Of a stretch of DNA of 64,000 bases, positions 47,486 through 55,602 are shown piece by piece. Position 1 is the first letter of the stretch; every line of letters begins with the position of its first letter. The translations under genes were made by a program, and so were the position numbers. The stretch lies in contig QZKN01000097.1 in the NCBI GenBank assembly GCA_003598175.1, positions 23,861-87,860 on the forward strand. Direction: 5' to 3'. The notes below the pieces were generated by a model. The model was not told the DNA's origin and made no database searches. It was given only the letters and a program-made list of their open reading frames with translations. This DNA is from Candidatus Omnitrophota bacterium (lineage in GTDB: Bacteria > Hinthialibacterota > Hinthialibacteria > Hinthialibacterales > Hinthialibacteraceae).

Positions 47486-49198
47486 TTACTTGGCTGTTTC
47501 GCCGTTGAACACATCGACAGAGCCTGTTTTTGTTACCCGCATCACCTCATCCGGCGTTGTGATGCCTTCACTGACCAGACGCCATCCGTCTTCATTCAAC
47601 GAGCGCATCCCGTTGCGAAAAGCGGCTTCGCGAATTTGGCCGGACGAACAATCCTTTAAAATCATTTCGCGAATCTCGTGATTCATGGCCATCATTTCGA
47701 ACACGGCCCGGCGGCCATGAAAACCGGTGTGACGGCATTCGCGGCAGCCGACCGCGCGGTATATGGGTTGATCGGGAGACAAGCCGATCTTTTCGATCAA
47801 GGTTTGTGTCTGCGGCGAATCGTCGATCCGTTTGCATACGGGACAAAGCACACGAACCAATCGTTGCGCGAGAACCGATTCGAGAGAAGACGCAACCAAA
47901 TACGGCTCCACCCCCATATCGATCAAACGGGTCAACGCGCCCGGCGCATCGTTGGTGTGCAAAGTGGAAAAGACCAAATGGCCGGTCAACGACGCCTGAA
48001 CGGCAATTTGGGCGGTTTCTGCATCCCGGATTTCTCCGATCAGAATCACGTCCGGGTCGTGGCGAAGAATGGAGCGCAATCCGCGGGCAAAGGTCAGGCC
48101 GGATTTTTCCGAAACCTGAATTTGGTTGACTCCTTTTAATTGGTATTCGATCGGGTCTTCAATCGTGATGATTTTTCGCACGGAATCGTTGATTTCACTT
48201 AATGCGGTATAAAGAGTGGTTGTTTTTCCGCTGCCGGTCGGACCGGTGACCAATACGATTCCGTGAGGCATATCCAACACATTGCGGAACAGATGCAATT
48301 CCCGCTCGCTCATGCGCAGTTCCGTCAGACTTACTAACGTCGAATCCTGCCGTAGAAGCCTCATGACGACAGCTTCGCCGTGCAGCATGGGAATGACGGA
48401 GACGCGCACGTCCACCTCGCCGTTGCCCACGCGGAGTTTAATCCGTCCGTCTTGCGGCAGGCGTTTTTCCGCGATGTTGAGATGGCTGAGGATTTTGACG
48501 CGGGAAACGATAGCCGGTTGAAATTTCTTGATCTGCGAAGGAACCGGCACATCCTGCAAGACGCCGTCGATGCGATAACGGATCCGCAATTCATCTTCAA
48601 ACGGTTCCAAATGAATATCCGTCGCCCGCAATTCGATGGCGTCGCTCAACACTTGATTCACGAAGCGGATGATCGAGGCGTCTTCCGCCGCATGATCCAA
48701 ATCGGTATCTTCTTCCGCGTTTTCGTCCACCACTTGAAACGACGAATCCTCATCGAGGGAATTGATCGTATCCGCCCCGACGCCCAACCGCTTTTTCAAT
48801 TCGCGCAGGATGGCTTCCCGCGGCGCCAGAACCGGATTGATTTTCAACCCGGTCAGGATTTGCAGGGTATCCATTCCATGCGTTGCGAACAGGCGGCTGG
48901 TTGCGACTTCGATCGATCCGTTCACACGTTGAAGCGGTAGAATTTCCTCTTTCAACAGAATGCGCGCGGGAAATTGAGAAAGAAGCTGGCGATCGAGTTC
49001 GATTTCATCTAAATTCGAAATGGGGAGGGAGTATTCGACCGCCAGCCATTGCAAAACCTCTTCTTCGGTTTGAATATGTAACGTTTCATCATGGGCGAGT
49101 TGCCGTTGTAACGCTTCCGCATCCATGAGCGATAATTGCTTCGCTTCGATCATTTTTGTGAGTAACTCGTTCATGAGATCTACTCCCGTTTCATCCAT
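47486..49198 (-). CDS. gspE: T2SS assembly ATPase E
   Basis: ATDIHLEP, EKRLPQDGR, GPTGSGKTTTLY, LRHDPDVILIGEIRD, TGHLVFSTLHTND, CxxC...CxxC. Confidence 0.95.
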   Translation of the reverse strand: MDETGVDLMNELLTKMIEAKQLSLMDAEALQRQLAHDETLHIQTEEEVLQWLAVEYSLPISNLDEIELDRQLLSQFPARILLKEEILPLQRVNGSIEVATSRLFATHGMDTLQILTGLKINPVLAPREAILRELKKRLGVGADTINSLDEDSSFQVVDENAEEDTDLDHAAEDASIIRFVNQVLSDAIELRATDIHLEPFEDELRIRYRIDGVLQDVPVPSQIKKFQPAIVSRVKILSHLNIAEKRLPQDGRIKLRVGNGEVDVRVSVIPMLHGEAVVMRLLRQDSTLVSLTELRMSERELHLFRNVLDMPHGIVLVTGPTGSGKTTTLYTALSEINDSVRKIITIEDPIEYQLKGVNQIQVSEKSGLTFARGLRSILRHDPDVILIGEIRDAETAQIAVQASLTGHLVFSTLHTNDAPGALTRLIDMGVEPYLVASSLESVLAQRLVRVLCPVCKRIDDSPQTQTLIEKIGLSPDQPIYRAVGCRECRHTGFHGRRAVFEMMAMNHEIREMILKDCSSGQIREAAFRNGMRSLNEDGWRLVSEGITTPDEVMRVTKTGSVDVFNGETAK

Positions 49199-49340
49199 CG
49201 GTATTGATCATTCCATTTGAGAGAAGTCGGAAGTCAGCCGAAACAAAAATCTCATCTGACTTCCGACTCCCCCCCGCAAAGCAGGGGGAGAGTCTTGTGG
49301 GAGGGTATGTATGCACAGACGAGAATCGTTGGAACGAACC

Positions 49341-49937
49341 TTATTCCAACATTCCCATCAAGACCAATTGCGCTTCCTGCCGGATGGTCAATACGTTACG
49401 CAATTCATCCTGCGCTTTTTTCAGCTCCGCTTCTTTTTTCTTGCGGGAATCACGGACGGCGGATAATTTCGACTTAATCTCGTCGGCCGATGTGCTTTGA
49501 GAGTCCAGCGCTGACTGCAAGGCATCGATCAACGGATCGGATTCGGGAGCAAAACCGCCTCGTGCGCCGCGACGCTCCGCGTTATCCTGCCTGTCCGCTC
49601 GGCCCTGGGCGCCGGCTCGGCCTTGCGCGCCCGGACGATCCTGTCCACCCGGTCCGCCGAATCCGCCTCGACCGAACATTCCCATGCCACGCCCGGAACG
49701 AGCGTCTCGCTGCTTCTCCATCACGTTCTCGATCAGGGGCTGAATCACTTTCCATTCCTCATCCGTCGCGCCCAATGATTCCTGATAACGCGACATCATC
49801 ATTGCGCGCATCTGTTCGGGATCAAAATTTCCTCGGCCGGCCCGGCCGCCTTGATCCTGCGCAATGGCAATCATGCTCCCCAAAACGACAGTGAGTGCGA
49901 GACCTGCCAAAACCGCTGACTTGAGACTCCTTCTCAT
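49341..49937 (-). CDS. Periplasmic Spy/CpxP/ZraP-like helical protein, first gene of the T2SS operon
   Basis: GGAGG SD; signal peptide; Gly/Arg/Met-rich; LGATDEEW; C-terminal LRNVLTIRQEAQL (LTxxQ motif). Confidence 0.65.
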   Translation of the reverse strand: MRRSLKSAVLAGLALTVVLGSMIAIAQDQGGRAGRGNFDPEQMRAMMMSRYQESLGATDEEWKVIQPLIENVMEKQRDARSGRGMGMFGRGGFGGPGGQDRPGAQGRAGAQGRADRQDNAERRGARGGFAPESDPLIDALQSALDSQSTSADEIKSKLSAVRDSRKKKEAELKKAQDELRNVLTIRQEAQLVLMGMLE

Positions 49938-50007
49938 GTTCTTTACCTCCGAAATTCGCTGAATTTTCGAGAATCGGCTGATTCTCACTTTCTTCTGCCT
50001 GCTGTAG

Positions 50008-50134
50008 AGCACGGTTTATGCCAACTTGATCGCGGGTCCAAATCCTTGATTTTTTCGATTCCGCTCACAATCGCGCCATGAAAATGCGCAAATTTTTCTC
50101 AACCAATCGTGTTGATCAGCGCAATATTTGCGCA
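50008..50134 (-). promoter_or_regulatory. Sigma54 promoter with IHF site and two enhancer-like sites
   Basis: TTGGCATAAACCGTGCT (GG-N10-GC, 50024-50008); CAAATCCTTGATT 50039-50051 fits YAANNNNTTGATW; 17-bp imperfect palindromes at 50085-50101 and 50118-50134. Confidence 0.75.
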
Positions 50135-50159
50135 AATAAATCCAGCTCGTTTCACGGTT

Positions 50160-50354
50160 GTCGTTGCGGACAAAGAAGGGTACATCGATTATCTCAACAA
50201 ACTCTTGCCGTGGGTTCGTCCCGGCGGGCTTGTCGTTGCTCACAACATTTCGCCGCGGCAAGCCGATCCGCGATATATGGAAGCGATTACCACAAATCCG
50301 GAGCTCGAAACCGTCGTGCGCTCGGGAATCGGAATCACCCTCAAAAAACAATAA
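50160..50354 (+). pseudogene. C-terminal fragment of an O-methyltransferase
   Basis: ADKEGYIDYLNKLLPWVRPGGLVVAHN...GIGITLK; SAM-binding N-terminal half absent. Confidence 0.7.
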
Positions 50355-50503
50355 TATTCGATACTACACTTCCCGCGCCAAAGGAGAGCAAATCCGCAAA
50401 AACGGGTGAACTGCACGGCGTCCTGTTGCGCTTCGTGTTCATCCGATTTCTCTGTACAATCGCAAGAGGCAAAACGATTAACATAAATATAAAGGTGATT
50501 CGT

Positions 50504-51823
50504 ATGGCAGCGATGGACAATGCATCTCCCAAAAAAGAACTGACCCTGTTTGATTCGACGTGTCTTATTGTCGGGATTATTATCGGCGCGGGAATCTATC
50601 AAACCGCTCCCGATATTGCCAAAGGCGTTTCCCATGCCTGGGGGGTAATGGCGATCTGGATCGCCGGCGGCGTCCTCTCCCTCTGCGGCGCGCTCGGGTA
50701 TGCGGAACTGGCAAGCGCCTATCCCCGCGAAGGGGGCGATTACGTTTACTTAAGCCGCGCCTACGGCCGTTGGGCCGGATTTTTGTTCGGCTGGATTCAA
50801 CTCGTCATCGTTCGGCCGGGCGATATCGCCATCATGGCGTTTGCGTTTGCGACATACGCAAGAACGCTGTTCGATCCTTTTTCGTCCTCGGAAATATCCT
50901 ATACACAAATCCTATACGCTTCTTTGGCGGCAATCGTGTTCACGGGAATCAACATGATCGGCGTCAAGGAAGGGAAGTGGACGCAGAATCTTCTGACCAG
51001 CGCCAAGGCGTTGGGATTGCTGGCCATTGTCGGCGTGGCCATCCTGTCTCCCCGTGCGGTTCCATTGGAAAACGCATCTTTCGACTTTCCACTCAGCGTT
51101 TCCCTGATCCTGGTGCTGTTCACGTACGGCGGATGGAACGAGATGGCGTACGTCGCGGCGGAAGTGAAAAATCCGCAGAAGAACATCGTACGGGCGCTGG
51201 TTTTGGGAACGGTAAGCGTAACCGCGCTTTATTTATTGGCGAACGGCGCCTTTCTTTACACGCTGGGCTACAGCGGCATGGTCAATTCCGAGGCGGTGGC
51301 GACGGACACAGTCGCGACCGTTTTTCCCCACTGGGGAAGCAGAATCATCAGCGTGTTGATCTGCATATCCGCATTAGGCGCGGTCAATGGTCTGGTGTTT
51401 ACCGGAGCGCGCATCACCTATGCGGTTGGAAGCGAACACCGCGCGCTCAGTTTGTTGGGGAAATGGAACGAAAAAACCGGCACGCCATTGCGGGCGTTAT
51501 TCGTGCAAGGCCTGATCGCCGTTACGTTGATCATCCTGCTGGGCTCCTTCATGCGCACGATTCTGTATTACGCCGCCAGCGTCTATTTGTTTTACCTGGC
51601 AACCACGATATCCGTCATGGTGCTGCGCTGGAAAGAACCTCACATTCCACGCCCTTATAAAGTGACCGGATATCCATTTACGACGCTTTTGTTTGCCGGA
51701 ACCTGCATTTTTTTGATCTATAAAGCGTTGCTGTACGATGTTCAGGGAGCGATCACCTCGATGGGCATTGTATTGTTAGGTCTCCCGGTTTATTGGATTA
51801 CGAGTAAAACTCCGCTAAAATGA
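50504..51823 (+). CDS. APC family amino acid permease
   Basis: VGIIIGAGIY, YAELASAYPREGGDY, FTYGGWN, AEVKNP, RPYKV; about 12 TMs; the ORF-track start at 50078 is over-extended. Confidence 0.92.
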   Translation: MAAMDNASPKKELTLFDSTCLIVGIIIGAGIYQTAPDIAKGVSHAWGVMAIWIAGGVLSLCGALGYAELASAYPREGGDYVYLSRAYGRWAGFLFGWIQLVIVRPGDIAIMAFAFATYARTLFDPFSSSEISYTQILYASLAAIVFTGINMIGVKEGKWTQNLLTSAKALGLLAIVGVAILSPRAVPLENASFDFPLSVSLILVLFTYGGWNEMAYVAAEVKNPQKNIVRALVLGTVSVTALYLLANGAFLYTLGYSGMVNSEAVATDTVATVFPHWGSRIISVLICISALGAVNGLVFTGARITYAVGSEHRALSLLGKWNEKTGTPLRALFVQGLIAVTLIILLGSFMRTILYYAASVYLFYLATTISVMVLRWKEPHIPRPYKVTGYPFTTLLFAGTCIFLIYKALLYDVQGAITSMGIVLLGLPVYWITSKTPLK

Positions 51824-51938
51824 CATAGTTATTGACAGAATGAGATTTTGATGTTCAACGCATCAAGAAAATGAGTAAAAGTACAAAACGATGGATTGAA
51901 ACGATATTACCCATCAATTCCGAGGTTACTCCAGGATT

Positions 51939-52247
51939 GTGGTGAATTCGAAAGACGCAATTTTCCAACGTATTTTACAGGCGCGTGAGCAACTCGCATT
52001 GTTGGGTGTTGAGAATATTGGATTGTTCGGTTCATTTGCTCGCGGCGAGCAAACACCCTTGAGTGACATCGATTTGCTCATTGAGTTTATTCCTGAAAAG
52101 CACACATTCGACAATTTCATGGACGTTTCATTTTTTCTGGAAGAACTCCTACAGCGAAAAGTGGAAGTGGTTACTCCCGAGGCTCTCAGTCCCCACATCG
52201 GACCTTATATTCTTGGAGAGGTGGAACGTGTTCGTATCGCCGCGTGA
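51939..52247 (+). CDS. Minimal nucleotidyltransferase (MntA-like antitoxin)
   Basis: GLFGSFARGEQTPLSDIDLLIEF, LEELLQRKVEVVT. Confidence 0.88.
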   Translation: MVNSKDAIFQRILQAREQLALLGVENIGLFGSFARGEQTPLSDIDLLIEFIPEKHTFDNFMDVSFFLEELLQRKVEVVTPEALSPHIGPYILGEVERVRIAA

Positions 52248-52305
52248 GTATATCTGTCATATGCTGGACGAGATCGACTACTGTATCAGCAGGCCAGCAT
52301 TTTAA
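52228..52305 (+). pseudogene. N-terminal remnant of a HepT/DUF86 toxin
   Basis: GTG start overlapping the MNT end; SPREYICHMLDEIDY then a stop after 25 aa. Confidence 0.65.
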
Positions 52306-52322
52306 AAAATAACCGGATTGTC

Positions 52323-52409
52323 ATGAAATCTAAAATTGAGAGTGTATGTCGTCAACAAGGCTTTGAGCCGCCTATAATCTGTACACCTCAAGATCTAATG
52401 GAGGGCTGA
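52323..52409 (+). pseudogene. C-terminal remnant of a PIN toxin
   Basis: MKSKIESVCRQQGFEPPIICTPQDLMEG*, a PxIxTP-ending PIN C-terminus. Confidence 0.6.
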
Positions 52410-52412
52410 CTG

Positions 52413-52592
52413 ATGTGGAAAGATCCGATTGTGGAAGAGACAAGAAAAATTCGCGAGCAGTATGCGAGTCGCTTCAATCACGACATGGATGCCATTTATG
52501 AGGATATTCAACGGCGTCAAGCGCAATCGAAAAAAAAATTGGTGTCACTTCCGGCTCGCAAACCGCCCTTACAATCAATTTCGTTGTGGTAG
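52413..52592 (+). CDS. Small PIN-associated antitoxin-like protein (59 aa)
   Basis: GGAGG SD; MWKDPIVEETRKIREQYASRFNHDMDAIYEDI; too short for the ORF track. Confidence 0.65.
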   Translation: MWKDPIVEETRKIREQYASRFNHDMDAIYEDIQRRQAQSKKKLVSLPARKPPLQSISLW

Positions 52593-53882
52593 GCTTTCCG
52601 TGATCGGGATTTCCTGATTCAACAATCGTCTTCCCATCCCCACCAACCACAGATAATAATCGCTGGGCAAACCATGATAGGTAAGGAAAGGGCTTTCGCC
52701 GACCGGCGGATTGTTCGTGCATTTGAAAATCGCCGTTCCTTCATCCATTTCGTCAAACATGGCTTGATAAATCATGGCCGCGCCGGCTTTTTTGGCTTCA
52801 ACATATTGTTTCCATAAAAACTTACCTTCCTGTCGGGGAATCTGATCCAGCGGCGACTCCGGTTTCATGTTATGCCAACTGAATCCGGGAAATACCACAG
52901 GCAAGTACTCTTTTTCGTGGATCAGGAGCCAATCCAAATCCGGTTTCAACGTTTCTTGCGCATACCGCTCGATTTCCCGAAGATTTCCATATCGCCCGAC
53001 GGTCCAGGGGCTGATAATGTCAGCGCTCAGAATGATCTCATGCAAAAACGGATCCGATAACGCATCCCGGGTCAGTGTCCGCCAGTACGTTGGAACCCCC
53101 ACCATGACCGCGCATCCGCCATATTGCGAATCCGAGGTCAGAAAATCGACGAACTTCTTGCAATCCTGCAAGGAATATCTTCGATTGTCATTGAATCCGA
53201 TTCCCCATACCGCCACAACCGGCTTTCCATGGTGATGGAGATAGGATGAGTCATTGGCGTCTTTGGCGATCTTCTTTTCTTCGACCAATCGTTTCCAATC
53301 GTCGATCACCGCATCGATCTGTCCGCCGCGCATTCCGGATAAATCGTACATGACCGCATACAACCGGCCGTATTGTTTGGCGCCCGCGCGGCAATGGTCT
53401 AAGACGGTGTTGCAGTGATTGAGTCCCGCGGGACGAAACGTTTCGACGGCGAATCGCTGAACAAACACGCCGTCGATGCCGTAATCCCTCATCCATTGGA
53501 AATGACGCGATACGGTTTTTTGATTCATCGAACTGAACACAAAAGCGGTTTGGCCGTCCGCATGCCGGAACGCGGTCGCATATTTTTCATCCGGCGCCAA
53601 TTCACTCACATCGGGCCATAAATCAATCGTACACGATCCGGGTCCGAACGTTCCTCCTTTTCCGTAATGAAACCATCCTCTTCCGGCGCCATCGCCTTCG
53701 CAGGTAAACCACCCTTGATATCCGCACATCACTTTTCCGGTTAACGTGGAATTGTCAACGGGGACGAGGGAAAGAAAGGACGCGGTGAGGGGTGCATTTG
53801 CGGCGTCAAGCGATTCGTCGCAGATTCCGGCGGGAGGGAATAGTACAATCAACAGGATTCCGGGAATTTGTCTCCATCTCAT
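52575..53882 (-). CDS. Secreted glycoside hydrolase, GH71/99-like
   Basis: Signal peptide; GKVMCGYQGWF, HFQWMRDYGIDGVFVQRF, MYDLSG, SPWTVGRY, PGFSW, AMFDEMDEGTAI. Confidence 0.8.
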   Translation of the reverse strand: MRWRQIPGILLIVLFPPAGICDESLDAANAPLTASFLSLVPVDNSTLTGKVMCGYQGWFTCEGDGAGRGWFHYGKGGTFGPGSCTIDLWPDVSELAPDEKYATAFRHADGQTAFVFSSMNQKTVSRHFQWMRDYGIDGVFVQRFAVETFRPAGLNHCNTVLDHCRAGAKQYGRLYAVMYDLSGMRGGQIDAVIDDWKRLVEEKKIAKDANDSSYLHHHGKPVVAVWGIGFNDNRRYSLQDCKKFVDFLTSDSQYGGCAVMVGVPTYWRTLTRDALSDPFLHEIILSADIISPWTVGRYGNLREIERYAQETLKPDLDWLLIHEKEYLPVVFPGFSWHNMKPESPLDQIPRQEGKFLWKQYVEAKKAGAAMIYQAMFDEMDEGTAIFKCTNNPPVGESPFLTYHGLPSDYYLWLVGMGRRLLNQEIPITESLPQRN

Positions 53883-54171
53883 GATGTACCGATCTCCTTC
53901 TTCTTGCGAATAGATTGATTCCAAATGAACAATGGAATCATAAGTGAACGTCGAAAAAAAATCAAAAATGAATCATCGATCGGATATCCCTAAAATACTC
54001 TCTTTTCTGTCGCGTAACAAGAAAATGATGATCCCGCCATGAAAAATCTTCACGGAAAAAAAGTGCGCAAAATCGCTTTTTTCTTGTAGATCACTTGAAA
54101 AGAGTCTACAATAGATAACTGAAGCAATATATTTTATCTAAGCGTAGATATCTAAAGAATCGGAGGTTATC

Positions 54172-55530
54172 ATGATGAGAAAAAAACAGAATCTTGTATG
54201 GGCTGTGCTTTTGTTCATCAGCGTATCCCTCAAGACAACGTACGGCGACACGCTGGATCCCGTGATGGATCGGCATCTGGTAAAACAGGCGGAGTTGATT
54301 TTCGAAGGACAGGTTTTGGAAATCAACTTTAAATCTTCGACGCCGCGCGAAGAAGAAGAGGTTGCCATTCCACACTCGTTCGTCACGTTTCAAATCAACA
54401 ACATCCTCAAGGGAAAAGCCGAATCGGATAAAATTATCCTGCGATTTCAAGGCGGCCGCGTAGGATTGGATACGCCGCGCACTCTTCGGGTGTCGGGTAT
54501 TCCTCTTTTCGACATCGGTGATTATGGCATCTTTTTCGTTCGCAGCAATGAAGTGCACATTTGCCCGCTCGTGGGGTGGCGGCAGGGATTCATTCGGATT
54601 CTCGATAATGCCGTCTACAGCGATTACGGCCATGAATTACGTCTATTCGAGGAGCCGCTCTTTGCTGCGGCCATTCATCCTCACGACATTCTCGATTATG
54701 AAGCCTTTAGCAAACAACTTCTCGAACCAACCCGCGAGATCGATCAGATTATCAACCGAAATCTTGCCGACGAAACCAAACTCCTCATGCGCAATCCCGA
54801 CGCGGTCAAGGAAATCGATCCGCAATTGCTGGGCATACGTTCCGTCCTGTTACGCGAAGAGCGCGCCGGCTTGTTTCAACAGCTCATGCCTCCCGATGCG
54901 CTCCAGATCTGCCAGGATTTTCGTCAATTCCTGCTGATTCGCGATTTCAACGTGATGCTTACACAGCGTAACCTTTTTTCACTCGACAGTATAATGAATC
55001 AGGCGGAATTATCTCCGCAAACCATTGAACTTCTACAGAATGATCAGCAAAAACTCAACATCGAACAAATCGCGTTGCTGAATCGGCGCGTCCTCGAAGA
55101 CCTCTACCCAAGTTTTCTGCTGAAAAGTTTGGATCAAACCATCGGCTATGGCCCTTACAACGAGATCGCGGAATTTCGGACGCAACATATCTCGCAAACC
55201 TACCGCCATCTCGTTTCGAGCGAAGATCAGAAGAATGAAGGGCCGGCAACCGAACCCGATCCGTTGCCGACAGGAAGTGTACTGGATCTCAAGTCCTGCA
55301 TTTCTCAGTTGAATGATTTGATTCTTTATGTCCACACACGGGAAGAATTGGAGCGGTTGTCTCCGGTGCAAAGCGCGGATATCGAAAAAGAATTTTACAG
55401 CACGATTCCGCCCCCCATGCAGGTATCCTTCGATTTATCGATGCCGCAGTCCACGCAGGCAACCGAAGAGGAAATGCTGGAACTACGATTGTTGGAAGAA
55501 TCCGGCGGGAATCCGGTTTTGAAACGCTGA
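54172..55530 (+). CDS. Secreted hypothetical protein, probable partner of the downstream protease
   Basis: GGAGG SD, signal peptide; AELIFEGQV..HSFVTFQI..LKG..LRFQGG..VSGIPLF beta-rich N-domain. Confidence 0.65.
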   Translation: MMRKKQNLVWAVLLFISVSLKTTYGDTLDPVMDRHLVKQAELIFEGQVLEINFKSSTPREEEEVAIPHSFVTFQINNILKGKAESDKIILRFQGGRVGLDTPRTLRVSGIPLFDIGDYGIFFVRSNEVHICPLVGWRQGFIRILDNAVYSDYGHELRLFEEPLFAAAIHPHDILDYEAFSKQLLEPTREIDQIINRNLADETKLLMRNPDAVKEIDPQLLGIRSVLLREERAGLFQQLMPPDALQICQDFRQFLLIRDFNVMLTQRNLFSLDSIMNQAELSPQTIELLQNDQQKLNIEQIALLNRRVLEDLYPSFLLKSLDQTIGYGPYNEIAEFRTQHISQTYRHLVSSEDQKNEGPATEPDPLPTGSVLDLKSCISQLNDLILYVHTREELERLSPVQSADIEKEFYSTIPPPMQVSFDLSMPQSTQATEEEMLELRLLEESGGNPVLKR

Positions 55531-55602
55531 TCATATATGATCGATAGGTTGAACAACGGAACCTATCCAATCGATTTCTCATGAAAAGAAAGGAAAACAA
55601 TC

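Noticed and set aside
50078..50503. N-terminal extension of the APC permease
   Set aside because: Overlaps the enhancer sites and the methyltransferase remnant; family similarity starts after ATG 50504
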